54,612 bases of DNA, from the IMG/VR virus record IMGVR_UViG_3300032233_002766, positions 1-54,612 of that record; one strand, given 5' to 3'. The notes beneath the pieces are model-generated. The model saw nothing but the letters and a program-made list of their open reading frames with translations, did not search any database and was not told the origin of the DNA. Shown one piece after another: positions 8,837-17,862 of this stretch (the first letter of the stretch is position 1; each line of letters starts with the position of its first letter). The stretch comes from a virus. Its lineage: Duplodnaviria > Caudoviricetes. Made by a program: the position numbers and the translations under genes.

Positions 8837-10096
8837 TCAGACCAGCTCCGCCTGCAGGGCTTCGGTGGCCTCCTCGGCCGCGGGAGCAGGCGCAGGGGCG
8901 GCCTGCTGGGGCGCAGCGGCAGCGGTGCGGGCGGGCTGCTGACGGGCGGGGCGGGCCGGGGGTCCGGAGGGTTGGGTCTCGGGCTCAGGCTCGGCAGCCT
9001 GGGGCGTCAGGGCGGCCACCTCTTCGGCGGAGAGGATCGGTTCACCGGACTCGGCGCCACAGCCGCGGTTCCAGCGCTCCCGGCTGCCGGCATCGGCCAG
9101 CTTGGCCATCAGGCGGCTGTGATGCTCGGCCGGGATCTGGGCCAGCTCTGGCACCTGGAAGGCGGCGCAGGCATCAGCGCGGAAGGCGGCAACCCCGATC
9201 GGGGTGAGCTGGCGACCCAGGGCGGTGCTCAGGATCTCCTGCTGTTGTTCGGTCAGGGTCGCGACAGGGGCGGCGGCAGCGGCGATCTCGGGGGTCAGGG
9301 CGGCCGGGGCCTCAGCAGGCAACAACAGGTGGTCGATGTCCGTGTCCTGCCGGTGGCCCTGCTCGCCCCGTTCATCGAGGCTGGCGGCCTTGGCAATCTC
9401 CACCGATACCGGCAGATACTTGAACATCCGCCGAATCACCGTCTTGCGGCACATCTCATCAAAAGAAGAGATCCAGGGCGTATCCTTGTTGTACTTGATG
9501 GCGGTTTGGTAGCCCTGGCTGCCATCGCGCACGGCTTCCAGTTCGTAAACGTCCATCACTTCAAACTGGAAGCCGCCATCCATCAGACGGGCGACCGCAT
9601 AGGCGTGGGTCAGCTCACCACGCTCACCAGTGGCGGGGCGATGAATCAGGTCTTCCTGCAGGCCGAAGCGGTAATCAAATTGATCGTTGGCGTAGACGCA
9701 TCGTGCGCTGATGCTTTGGATCTGGCCGCTGCGGCGAGCCAGTTCGATCATGCCTTTGTAGCCAATCTGGAACTGACACTCATCCCGGTAAGGGATCAGG
9801 AAGGCGTGACCCAGGGCGCCGCCGGGCTCCAGGCCCAGCTGGGCACACGTGAAGATTGCGCCCAGCAGGCTGGCGGCGCTGCATTTCGCGAGCTTGGGAT
9901 TGCGGCGCACCTCAGAGAGCGCAATCCGCAGCAGCCGCTCAGGTGTTACGTGCTTCGGGAGCGCGAGCGCAATTTCGGGGCCATGCTTTTTCAGCATGGA
10001 TTCAATGGTGGTCACAGAGCCTGTGGCCACAGCTCCACCTGGCTGCTGGCGTTGCATCGGCCCTGCGCCATTGCGGCGGGCGATCGTGCTGGTCAT
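8837..10096 (-). CDS. recT: RecT ssDNA-annealing recombinase with C-terminal extension
   Basis: ALPKHVTPERLLRIAL, AQLGLEPG..LGHAFLIPY, QFQIGYKGMIELARRSGQI, W...FDEMCRKTVIRRMFKYLPVS. Confidence 0.95.
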   Translation of the reverse strand: MTSTIARRNGAGPMQRQQPGGAVATGSVTTIESMLKKHGPEIALALPKHVTPERLLRIALSEVRRNPKLAKCSAASLLGAIFTCAQLGLEPGGALGHAFLIPYRDECQFQIGYKGMIELARRSGQIQSISARCVYANDQFDYRFGLQEDLIHRPATGERGELTHAYAVARLMDGGFQFEVMDVYELEAVRDGSQGYQTAIKYNKDTPWISSFDEMCRKTVIRRMFKYLPVSVEIAKAASLDERGEQGHRQDTDIDHLLLPAEAPAALTPEIAAAAAPVATLTEQQQEILSTALGRQLTPIGVAAFRADACAAFQVPELAQIPAEHHSRLMAKLADAGSRERWNRGCGAESGEPILSAEEVAALTPQAAEPEPETQPSGPPARPARQQPARTAAAAPQQAAPAPAPAAEEATEALQAELV

Positions 10097-10103
10097 AGGT
10101 CTA

Positions 10104-10113
10104 TCGCTGGTTG
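10104..10113 (-). promoter_or_regulatory. CAACCAGCGA leader motif (putative sRNA target)
   Basis: 7 nt upstream of the recT ATG. Confidence 0.6.
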
Positions 10114-10260
10114 ATTGCCCCTAAGGGCCACCTAACCTTATCCAGACACGGACTGGATTGCGAATAGCCCTGTCACATTCCGTAACCTAAGTAAAGTCGG
10201 TCCTGATACGGCATGGCTGTCGCCCTGTTGTCCTAGGCTGCGGGTTCGATTCAAGTCGCG

Positions 10261-10482
10261 ATGCGAATCACGATTGAAAACGCCGCCGAGCTGGCGGTTG
10301 TACGCAGCCGCCTGCCGGCATTGGCCTACCAGCTGGGCCCGACCGTTGAACTCACCCTGGCCCTCCCCTGCGGGCGGCTGATCCGGCACCACCGCGGTGG
10401 CCTGGAGCCTGCAGCGCGAGTGGCCTCGATGAACGAGCGGCTGGAAGCGATCCTCGATCAGGACTCCTTCGGCAGCCGGTAG
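10261..10482 (+). CDS. Small hypothetical protein, divergent from recT
   Basis: 73 aa ORF after an AT-rich intergenic region. Confidence 0.45.
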   Translation: MRITIENAAELAVVRSRLPALAYQLGPTVELTLALPCGRLIRHHRGGLEPAARVASMNERLEAILDQDSFGSR

Positions 10483-11216
10483 AGCCGTTCCCGCACGTCG
10501 CCGGCCTCGATGCAGTCTGCAGCATCCACCACGCCCAGCACCTCCCCCAGGGCCGGCAGCTCCTCCACCAGGGCCTCACCGGTGAACACCTCGAAGCCCA
10601 CGGCCACCATGCGCAGCCGCTGGCGGCGGGTTTCCTCGGTGGTGGGGTAGACCTCCATCAGCTTGTCCATCGCCTGAGAGATCGTCAGGCGGCGATCCCT
10701 GGCCCAGCCCTGGATGATGCGGCTGATGTTCCCCGAAAGGCGCCGCGCCTCCATATCGCTGATCGCGCCATCATCCAAGCCCTCGGGCGTGATCCTCCCC
10801 AGCCAGGCCAGGTAGAGGCCACCGGCATCGAGGGGGTGGCGGGTCTGGGGGTGCCGCAGGAAGAACGGCTCGGGCGGCAGGACCAGGCCAGCGGGGATCG
10901 GCCCGAAGCTGGGCAGATCATCCACCTCGGGGCTGCTCACGCCCGCCGCCTGCGCCAGCCGCAGATTGACCTGACCGAGGGCGTCGATTGTCCGTGGACC
11001 GGCCTTCACCAGGGTGCCAGTGCGCAGGTAACTGATCTGACTGGTGCTCAGCCATGTCAGCCCCCAAGGGTTGGCCCACTGGCTCAGCTTCACCAGCTGT
11101 TCATGGGTCAGGTTGTTGCGGGAGAGGAGCATCCGCACACCCTTGGACATGACCTGAACGCCCCGAGCCAGGCGGTCTAACCCATGTTCCGATCCAATGA
11201 AGTCTTCTCTGGACAT
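10458..11216 (-). CDS. Putative repressor/regulator with XRE-like HTH
   Basis: LLSRNNLTHEQLVKLS...LSTSQISYLRTG resembles an XRE HTH with an insertion; no peptidase motif seen. Confidence 0.5.
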   Translation of the reverse strand: MSREDFIGSEHGLDRLARGVQVMSKGVRMLLSRNNLTHEQLVKLSQWANPWGLTWLSTSQISYLRTGTLVKAGPRTIDALGQVNLRLAQAAGVSSPEVDDLPSFGPIPAGLVLPPEPFFLRHPQTRHPLDAGGLYLAWLGRITPEGLDDGAISDMEARRLSGNISRIIQGWARDRRLTISQAMDKLMEVYPTTEETRRQRLRMVAVGFEVFTGEALVEELPALGEVLGVVDAADCIEAGDVRERLYRLPKES

Positions 11217-11282
11217 AACAGCCCCTGTTCCGACCCCACGTTGAGGGAAAGACTATACCGAAGCGGGGTTTAGGTGCAATTT

Positions 11283-11347
11283 TGCAGCAGAAAGCCCCAG
11301 ACCAACCAGCGACGGAAAATCCGGGGCTTCCTGGGCGGCGAACCGCC
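11283..11347 (-). ncRNA. Predicted small RNA: UUCG hairpin plus 16-bp hairpin displaying UCGCUGGUU
   Basis: On the minus strand: GGCGG-UUCG-CCGCC, then a 16-bp stem with four G-U pairs that form only on this strand; TAGGCT -10-like box at 11354-11359. Confidence 0.6.
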
Positions 11348-11371
11348 GGAACTAGCCTAAGGTCAACACAG

Positions 11372-11400
11372 AAAAAAAGGGGGACATTTCAGCCCCCCCC
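11372..11400 (-). terminator. Intrinsic terminator after the AbrB-like gene
   Basis: G-run/C-run stem followed by T7 on the minus strand. Confidence 0.7.
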
Positions 11401-11433
11401 CGCAAATGGGCTTTGTGCTGATCTTGATAAGGA

Positions 11434-11859
11434 TCAATCCTCGGCGGCTTCACCAGCTGGCACCAGGCGGATTTGTTTCCGGCCCAACTTGATCTCGAAC
11501 TCATCGCCGGGCTTCAGGCCAAGCATGGCGGTGTAGGCCTTGCCGACCATCAGGTTTCCGTTGAATTGCACCTTCGTTTGGAAACTCAGCTTCCGCCCCG
11601 GGCGGCCCGGCTCATCACCGGCGGTGCCGCCGCCCAGGTTCACGCCCTTGGCGTTCAGCAGGGCTTCATAAAAGGCGGTGAAGTTCAGGCGCTCGGTGCC
11701 GTCCTTCCTGGTGCTCACGTAGCCGCAGGCCCGCACCAGATCGGATTTGGAGGCATCGCCCATCTCCTTCACCTTGGCCTGCAGTTCGGCGCCGGTCAGG
11801 GGGCCAGAGGGAGCGGTCGCCTGCGCCGCGGCGGGAGGCTCAAGAGTGCATGCAGTCAC
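11434..11859 (-). CDS. Cyanobacterial AbrB-like transcriptional regulator (cyAbrB)
   Basis: LTGAELQAKVKEMGDASKSDLVRACGYVS...RLNFTAFYEALLNAKG...GRKLSFQTKVQFNGNLMVGKAYTAMLGLKPGDEFEIKLGRKQIRL. Confidence 0.92.
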   Translation of the reverse strand: MTACTLEPPAAAQATAPSGPLTGAELQAKVKEMGDASKSDLVRACGYVSTRKDGTERLNFTAFYEALLNAKGVNLGGGTAGDEPGRPGRKLSFQTKVQFNGNLMVGKAYTAMLGLKPGDEFEIKLGRKQIRLVPAGEAAED

Positions 11860-12161
11860 GATTGAAAAGCAGAAGCAATAGCAATCCTAGTCAAGACAGG
11901 CAGGATTGGCCATTCATCGCGCAGACTTGCCGCCTTTTTTAGGCTTGGGGCTCGGTGCGGTGGCCCTCTTCTTCGCCATCGGTGGTGTGCTCATCCGCCT
12001 CGGCTTCACCTGCCGCGACGGCCTCGATGCGGTCGATCTCCTCCAGGAGGGGCAGCAGGGGCTCGATGATGCCCCAGAAATCCATCTCGATCTCCACCAG
12101 GGGCCATCGCAGGGCTCCCATCGTGTGGGCAACGGCCGAGGGGAGGGGCCGCAGCGGCGAA

Positions 12162-12461
12162 TCAGGGGCGCGGGTGCTTCTTTTCCTCTTTGGGCCCGAC
12201 CCGGAAGATCAGGTAACCGGGGGTGCCGGATGTTCCTGGCTCGAAGTCAACCAGACCGCAGCGCTTCAGCTCCTGCAGGATGGCGCTGACGCCACCGCGA
12301 TTGCCGTGCTGAAATATCAGCATGAGTTGCTGGACCATAACCCGATCGGCAGGGCCGGGGTTCAGGCGGGCCAGGGCCAGGCAGTTGATGATGGCCCTGT
12401 TGGGGATGCGGTGGCGGTTGGCCAGGAGGTGGGCGATCAAAGCGGTCTCAGCCATCACCAT
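12162..12461 (-). CDS. Winged-HTH-like hypothetical protein
   Basis: VSAILQELKRCGLVDF pattern. Confidence 0.45.
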   Translation of the reverse strand: MVMAETALIAHLLANRHRIPNRAIINCLALARLNPGPADRVMVQQLMLIFQHGNRGGVSAILQELKRCGLVDFEPGTSGTPGYLIFRVGPKEEKKHPRP

Positions 12462-12712
12462 TCCCCCTGCTGGGTGCAGCGGCGCACCTTCGCGCCAGGG
12501 CCGGCCAGTTCGATCGCGGTGAGCACCGCATCAGCAGCGTCGGCAGCGAACAGGCGAAGCGTGATCGGCTTGCTGTTGTCCGGTCGATCGAGCAGCACCC
12601 GATAGGAGCGGGGTGGCGTCACTGGGCCAATTCGGCAGCAGGGGGCGGCGGGGGTGGGCACGGTGGGCGAGGGGAGGCGCGGGGGAATGGGTGTGGCCTG
12701 CTCAGGCATCAA
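12455..12712 (-). CDS. Hypothetical protein
   Basis: Overlapping member of the leftward operon. Confidence 0.5.
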   Translation of the reverse strand: MMPEQATPIPPRLPSPTVPTPAAPCCRIGPVTPPRSYRVLLDRPDNSKPITLRLFAADAADAVLTAIELAGPGAKVRRCTQQGEW

Positions 12713-13310
12713 CCCGCCAGGCCTGCGCGGCCCCTTGCGCCGTCAACCGGCTGGGGTGAAGGTCCGTGGCTTCGATCGGGCCGGGCTGCCCGAAGCCTTT
12801 GTGGGCCTCCTCTGTGGCGGCGCGGTGATGAGCACGCTTCAGGGTTGCCGGGTCTTCGTGCCAGTACACGCAGGCGCCGCGGCGGAAGTAGGAGTAGTTC
12901 ATGGGGAGGAGAGAAAGGGGTGATGGCCCAGGCGTGGTACGCCTCAAGGACGGCCAGGGGCCTGGGCTCTATCGGGTTCAGTCTGCCGGGGCTGGCTCCG
13001 GCGGGCCGTGGCGATGGGTCAGCCTTCGCTTTTGCTTTGATCTTCAGCGGCTGCGTTGATCCTGTCCTGCAGGTCTGTGAACTGCTCCGGCGGCCGTGAG
13101 TGATCACCACCACTCGCTCAGCTCGGCTCTGGCGTCGGCCATGCCGGCGTCGATGGTGGCGGCCAGCTGGCGCCCCTCCGCGGCCAGCGCCAGGCCCCGA
13201 TCAATCGAGGCGGAGTACGCCGCCATCGCGGTGTCGATTTCCGCCAGGAGGGCGGCGGTTTCGGCGGGGGTGGCGTGTTCCATGGCGCTGGCGTGTGGCG
13301 GGGAAGAGGG

Positions 13311-13688
13311 TCAGGCAGCCGCCTTGCGGCGGGCGGCTGTTTGGCTGTGGCGGCCGGGGGCCGCCTTGCGCTTCCGTGGAGCGTTGGCCACCGCCGGCAG
13401 GGCCACCGGAGCGACCGGGGCAGGAGCAGCAGGGGTAACCTCGGCCGCAACCACCACCGGAGCCGGTGCAGCAGCAGGCGTCAGGCCCAGCACGCCAACC
13501 CACAGGGCGGCGAGCTGATCGTTGCGCTCCTCGATCACCAAGCGCAGCTGGCGGCCCAGGTCGTAGGCGGCCTCACCGGCCAGCCAGGCCCAGGTGATCA
13601 GCAGGGCGACCACCGCACCGACCACCCGAGCTGAGCGGTGGAGGGCGGGGCCGTGATCGGTCAGCAGGAAAGAGGAAAGGGATTTCAT
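13311..13688 (-). CDS. Hypothetical membrane protein, first gene of a leftward operon
   Basis: TM segment and basic C-terminus; preceded by CAACCAGCGA. Confidence 0.6.
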   Translation of the reverse strand: MKSLSSFLLTDHGPALHRSARVVGAVVALLITWAWLAGEAAYDLGRQLRLVIEERNDQLAALWVGVLGLTPAAAPAPVVVAAEVTPAAPAPVAPVALPAVANAPRKRKAAPGRHSQTAARRKAAA

Positions 13689-13695
13689 GGGGGTT

Positions 13696-13705
13696 TCGCT
13701 GGTTG
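13696..13705 (-). promoter_or_regulatory. CAACCAGCGA leader motif (putative sRNA target)
   Basis: 7 nt upstream of ATG 13688. Confidence 0.6.
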
Positions 13706-13955
13706 AGCCCCGGGGCCTCTCAGGGCCTCACCGGGAGTGGATTGGTTCGTGGTGATCTCGATTGGCATCGCCCACCTCCACACAGTAACACCTGAAAGGC
13801 ATAACTGAGCGCCCTGCCCCCTCCATCAGCCCAGAACCCGCTCACCGTAAAGGGTTTGGGATTATGTTGCTTTGTTACTTAGGGCAATCTGGGCCCCCCG
13901 CGCATAGCCCTTCCAGGTCTGGACAGCCATAATGAAGGGGACCAGCCAGCACACC

Positions 13956-14309
13956 ATGACTGCCTTTCCCCCCTTGGCCGAGCGGCCCGATTTCGATGCG
14001 GATCCCGACGCGGTTGCGGCCTTTCCGCCCGAGCCTTCCGAGAAGGTGGCCGAACTGCTCGACGTGATCGATGCGGCCGAGATCGGCCTGGACGAGCTGC
14101 TGCAGCTGACCCTATGCAACATCCAGGAGCTGGCCAGCATCTACGGCGACGCCGGCGACAACTCGCAAGACCTCGACACGGTGGCCTTCACCACCGCTGC
14201 TGTGACCCGGCTGCAGGTTGCCTCCAATGTGCTGGCGGAATTGCTGCCGGACGACAGCGAAGACGAGGAGGAAGGCGAGGGCCTGGAGGAGGAGGGCGAG
14301 GCTGCCTAA
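13956..14309 (+). CDS. Very acidic small protein
   Basis: D/E-rich with only three K/R residues; stand-alone orientation with a CATAAT box at 13928-13933. Confidence 0.7.
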   Translation: MTAFPPLAERPDFDADPDAVAAFPPEPSEKVAELLDVIDAAEIGLDELLQLTLCNIQELASIYGDAGDNSQDLDTVAFTTAAVTRLQVASNVLAELLPDDSEDEEEGEGLEEEGEAA

Positions 14310-14343
14310 ACGGTTGGCGTACCTGTCGGAATGGCAGGTACGC

Positions 14344-14895
14344 CTATTCATTTGCCAACGGAATCACCGTGATCAGCGCCCCGGGTCGCTCACCGCCGAC
14401 CGTGTAGCGCTTCTCCCAGGTGCCGCCGACGATCCGAGCGTCATCCTCGAAAACCAGCCCGCTTAGAGCGTCTTCCGTGCTTCGCAGGAGCTTCGAGCCG
14501 TCCGGTTTGACCGCGTGATAGGCGGGCGCCGAGGGCTTCAGGGTGCCGTCTCGGCGGAAGTGACCGGCGGGCCTGGTGAACAGGAACACCACCGACAGCC
14601 GCACCGGGCCGCGCAGCAGCGGCACCCTGGCTGCCACCGCCGACTGAGCCACCAGGACTCGCCAGGGCTTGACGTTGGCGCAGGACTCGATCATCACCCC
14701 CCTGCCCACGTGCCGTTTCGACCCCTGCGGTGCCGGCGCCATCCCCTCCACCAGGAAGGTGACCGCTCCAGGCGCCCCAGAGGGGCCCGGAAGCCCCTCC
14801 CTGCGCCCATCGCCATCCCCGGCACCCTCTGAGCCCGTTCCCGGGCCGTCTGGCGGTTGCTGGTGGCGATCCAGACACTGATCAGGCCGGGCCAT
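14344..14895 (-). CDS. rusA: RusA-like Holliday junction resolvase
   Basis: PAPQGSKRH, VKPWR, GPVRLSVVF, KPDGSKLLRSTEDALSGLVFEDDARIV. Confidence 0.88.
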   Translation of the reverse strand: MARPDQCLDRHQQPPDGPGTGSEGAGDGDGRREGLPGPSGAPGAVTFLVEGMAPAPQGSKRHVGRGVMIESCANVKPWRVLVAQSAVAARVPLLRGPVRLSVVFLFTRPAGHFRRDGTLKPSAPAYHAVKPDGSKLLRSTEDALSGLVFEDDARIVGGTWEKRYTVGGERPGALITVIPLANE

Positions 14896-15556
14896 GGTTC
14901 ACCCCCGGCAGGTATCGCCTCTGGCTGCGCTCCAGGTCGAGGGCATCGACCCACAACCCCAGGGCCTGATCGCCCGGGCGGGCTTCGAGGCGCACCTTCG
15001 GGGCGTCGCCTGGCCCCTCAACCCACGCCACCACCGCCTTGGCCACCGGGATCCCCGAATCAGCCATGGCGGCCACCGCCGCGCCAAGCTCCGCCCACGC
15101 CAGCTCCGGCCGCATCAGTGGGGCCACGCCGCCCCAGATCGCCAGCAGGCCCAGTTCGCCATCAGCGAACCGCACCGCCAGATCGATCGTGGTGGCCGCG
15201 TCCCGCTTCGGTAGGGCCAGGTGTACCAAGGCGCCGATCACCTCGACCCGCTCCCAGAAGGCATGGCCCACCAGGGCCTCGACGTGCGATCGCACCGGAT
15301 TGAAGGCGGCAGCAGTGGGCGCCCAGGGCTCACCGGTTGCCCCGGGGCCCCAGCGGCTGCGGGCCAGGCTGATCGCCGCCGAGCGGCACAGCTTGCACCG
15401 CTGCGGGGCATCGAGCTGCCGGCCGGCGAACACCGCCGAGGCGATCTGCCAGGCCGGCATCAGCACCCGGCCGCCGGGGCTCGGGTGCCAGTACAGACCC
15501 TCCGCCGGTTCAGGCACCGCATCGCCCACCAGCCAGCCGTTTTCGGTGCTCACCAT
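14882..15556 (-). CDS. Hypothetical protein, possibly a degenerate PD-(D/E)XK nuclease fold
   Basis: ATTIDLAVRFADGELGLLAIW resembles the motif II/III region but lacks the D-x-K residues. Confidence 0.4.
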   Translation of the reverse strand: MVSTENGWLVGDAVPEPAEGLYWHPSPGGRVLMPAWQIASAVFAGRQLDAPQRCKLCRSAAISLARSRWGPGATGEPWAPTAAAFNPVRSHVEALVGHAFWERVEVIGALVHLALPKRDAATTIDLAVRFADGELGLLAIWGGVAPLMRPELAWAELGAAVAAMADSGIPVAKAVVAWVEGPGDAPKVRLEARPGDQALGLWVDALDLERSQRRYLPGVNHGPA

Positions 15557-16287
15557 GACCCGTCCTCCTCGCTGCTGGTGAAGCCGGCGACGATCGCCGC
15601 AACGGGCACCGCATCAACCGGAGGCAGCGCCGGTGCCGCACCGCTGAGGGCATCAGCCACCAGCTGCCGCGCCAGCGATTCATTCCGCACCGCCCACGCT
15701 GCAGCCAGGCCGACGTCATCGCACTGCAGCGGCCAGAAGCCCTGCAGGCAGCGCCGGAACCAGTCGGCACCCTGGGCCAGGTGCGCGGCGCTCCACGGCC
15801 GGCCATCCCGCCCTCGCGCCAGTACGTGCTCAAGCTCAGCGCCGACGCCCTGGACATGCCGCCGCCGCGCTTCGGGGGTGAGCTGGCTGGGATGCCAGAA
15901 CCCATTGCCCCTGCCCGGCAGCTGCGGCCTGGCTGGTGGTGCGGCCTGTTCGTGACGCACCGGGGAGGGATCGTGGAAGCGATCGGGGAAGGCCATCCGC
16001 TCGCGCAGATCAGCCCGCAGGCCGCGATCGGTGATCGGCCGGTCGTTTTCGAGCGGGTAGGCGTAGCGCAGCAGGGCCAGATGAGGCGCCAGCTCCTTCG
16101 GTGGCGCTGGATCCATCAGCCGCTGCCCCACGCAGAAGCCCAGCACCTCGCCGCTCAGGTCGCGCTTTGCGCTGGCCGGGAAGGTATCCCAGGCGAGCAC
16201 CAGGGCCGGCGCGGTCAGGGGGCGCTGCATCGGCAGCAGCTGCAGCAGGCTGGTCACTGAGGCCTGGAACTCTTCGAGGCTGATCAC
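15550..16287 (-). CDS. Hypothetical protein downstream of the initiator (helicase-loader position)
   Basis: Overlaps the initiator stop codon; call is positional only. Confidence 0.45.
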   Translation of the reverse strand: MISLEEFQASVTSLLQLLPMQRPLTAPALVLAWDTFPASAKRDLSGEVLGFCVGQRLMDPAPPKELAPHLALLRYAYPLENDRPITDRGLRADLRERMAFPDRFHDPSPVRHEQAAPPARPQLPGRGNGFWHPSQLTPEARRRHVQGVGAELEHVLARGRDGRPWSAAHLAQGADWFRRCLQGFWPLQCDDVGLAAAWAVRNESLARQLVADALSGAAPALPPVDAVPVAAIVAGFTSSEEDGSW

Positions 16288-17420
16288 GCCGCCACCCCCA
16301 CCAGCAGGGCCGGCTGAGCGTTGTTGGCCGCAGCAGCCCTGGCATCACGGGCCCGGATGTAGGCGACGGCCTCGGCAGCGGATTCTTCGGGGGTCTGGCG
16401 GCGGCTGAACCCGGTGCCCATCACGGGCGTGGTGGCCTTGTCGCCGTAGCGCAGCCAGTTGGTGAAGCTCAGGCCCTGCCAGCCGGCCCCGGTGACGCTT
16501 GCCGCGGTGCCCTGCTCCAGCTGCTGCCGCAGGATCTCGGTTCCGCCCTGCTGGTGATCCTGGATTTTCTGGGCATCGGTGAGCATCGCCCCCCAGGCCC
16601 GCTGCGTGCGCTTGCCCTTCGGGTTCCTGGCCGGCCAGAACGCCAGCAGCTCACGTTGAACCGGCAGCAGCGCCGCGGGCACGTCGTCCACCGTTGGCGT
16701 GAACCCCGCCTCTCGCCTCTGGGCCTTCGGCTTGACCGGAGCGATCGCTTCGGGGTCTGGCGGGTTCGGCAGTGGCCTGGGCGGGTTCGGCTGCTGTGGC
16801 TGTGGCTGCACCTCGGCCCGTGGCCGGGAGGGGGGTTCCGTGGCGACCGGGGGCTGCGCGGTGGCTTCGGGTTGCGGTTCGGGATCAGCGATCAGGAATC
16901 CATCCCGATCTCGACACGGGCGGGCGGCGACGGCCGGAGGCCGGATCTCCCCCCGCGAAGCGGGGGGTAAGGGGGGTTCTAAGGCTGTTGGTTTAGTTTT
17001 TATTTTTAGATTTATCTTGTTTGTGTCCCGCTCCGGGACAACCCCCCCTCCGCTCTGGGACAAGTTGTCCCGCTCTGGGACAATGGCTGAGGGCGGTTCA
17101 ATGGCCCAGATCAGCAGGTGGTAGGAGGTCGAATTGTTCGCCCCGCCATCCGCCACCCGGCGCTCTGTCCGCAGCCATCCGCGCTCCTTCAGGCCAGCCA
17201 GGATCCGGCAGACCGTGCTTTTCCCCAGCCCCGACACCCGCGCCAACGTGGCCAGGCTCGGGTGAATGTTCGGGGCGTGGTGCTGCAGCGCCAGAAGCAC
17301 CACCAGCTCCTGCGCCGTGGCCTGGCCAAACAGCCAGTTCGGAAGGCACGTGAACCCTGTGACCCTGTTGCTGGCCGCTTCGCTGCAGCACCTCGGCTGC
17401 TTGTCATGAGGTTTGCTCAT
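16284..17420 (-). CDS. Replication initiator with N-terminal HTH
   Basis: FTCLPNWL...IHPSLATLARVSGLGKSTVCRILAGLKERGWL...NNSTSYHL; internal iterons. Confidence 0.8.
   Translation of the reverse strand: MSKPHDKQPRCCSEAASNRVTGFTCLPNWLFGQATAQELVVLLALQHHAPNIHPSLATLARVSGLGKSTVCRILAGLKERGWLRTERRVADGGANNSTSYHLLIWAIEPPSAIVPERDNLSQSGGGVVPERDTNKINLKIKTKPTALEPPLPPASRGEIRPPAVAARPCRDRDGFLIADPEPQPEATAQPPVATEPPSRPRAEVQPQPQQPNPPRPLPNPPDPEAIAPVKPKAQRREAGFTPTVDDVPAALLPVQRELLAFWPARNPKGKRTQRAWGAMLTDAQKIQDHQQGGTEILRQQLEQGTAASVTGAGWQGLSFTNWLRYGDKATTPVMGTGFSRRQTPEESAAEAVAYIRARDARAAAANNAQPALLVGVAA
16988..17083. other. Replication origin: AT-rich tract plus palindromic iterons
   Basis: T-rich 16988-17023, then TGTCCC-GCTCY-GGGACA at 17024-17040 and 17066-17082, with a partial copy at 17050-17063. 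Confidence 0.75.
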
Positions 17421-17430
17421 CGTCACCACC

Positions 17431-17757
17431 TCAACCCAGGTGAGCGCCGATGCGCTCGAAGAAAACCCGGAACTGACTGGAAGCGCCAGGCCGCTCGATC
17501 CGCTGGATCCAGCCCTCAGCCTCCAGCCATTGCAGCGACCGCCGGACGCCATCCGGCGCCATTCCGCAGACCGTGGCCAGGTTGCTGATCGTCGGGGCCT
17601 CGAACAGCTGCAGCGCCAGGTAGACGAACAGGGCGCCCTTTCTGCCAACGCAATAAGCCATCAGATCCACCGGGGCCGATGCGTTGCCCCACAACCTGGG
17701 GCGCCGGTGCTGCGGAGACTCCGTGGAGCCGGGATGCCTGTTTGGTGATGCTTCCAT
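17431..17757 (-). CDS. Winged-HTH DNA-binding protein
   Basis: PTISNLATVCGMAPDGVRRSLQWLEAEGWIQR. Confidence 0.7.
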   Translation of the reverse strand: MEASPNRHPGSTESPQHRRPRLWGNASAPVDLMAYCVGRKGALFVYLALQLFEAPTISNLATVCGMAPDGVRRSLQWLEAEGWIQRIERPGASSQFRVFFERIGAHLG

Positions 17758-17770
17758 GTAGAATCATGGG

Positions 17771-17862
17771 GTAGGAGAGACAGATCACCGCTCCTTTCGC
17801 CCGGAAAGCTCGGGAGAGGTGATCACGGAGGGCCCGGCCGAAAGGTCGGGCTTTCTGCTGCA
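17771..17862 (+). ncRNA. Predicted counter-transcribed two-hairpin RNA upstream of the replication genes
   Basis: TAGAAT at 17759-17764; stem GATCACC...GGTGATC; GCCCGGCC-GAAA-GGTCGGGC followed by TTTCT. Confidence 0.45.

Noticed and set aside
11283-17862. 15-bp inverted repeat (11283-11297 / 17848-17862) as the ends of an invertible segment
   Set aside because: Both copies form the 3' arm of hairpins; no dedicated invertase was found and they do not resemble the attP candidate
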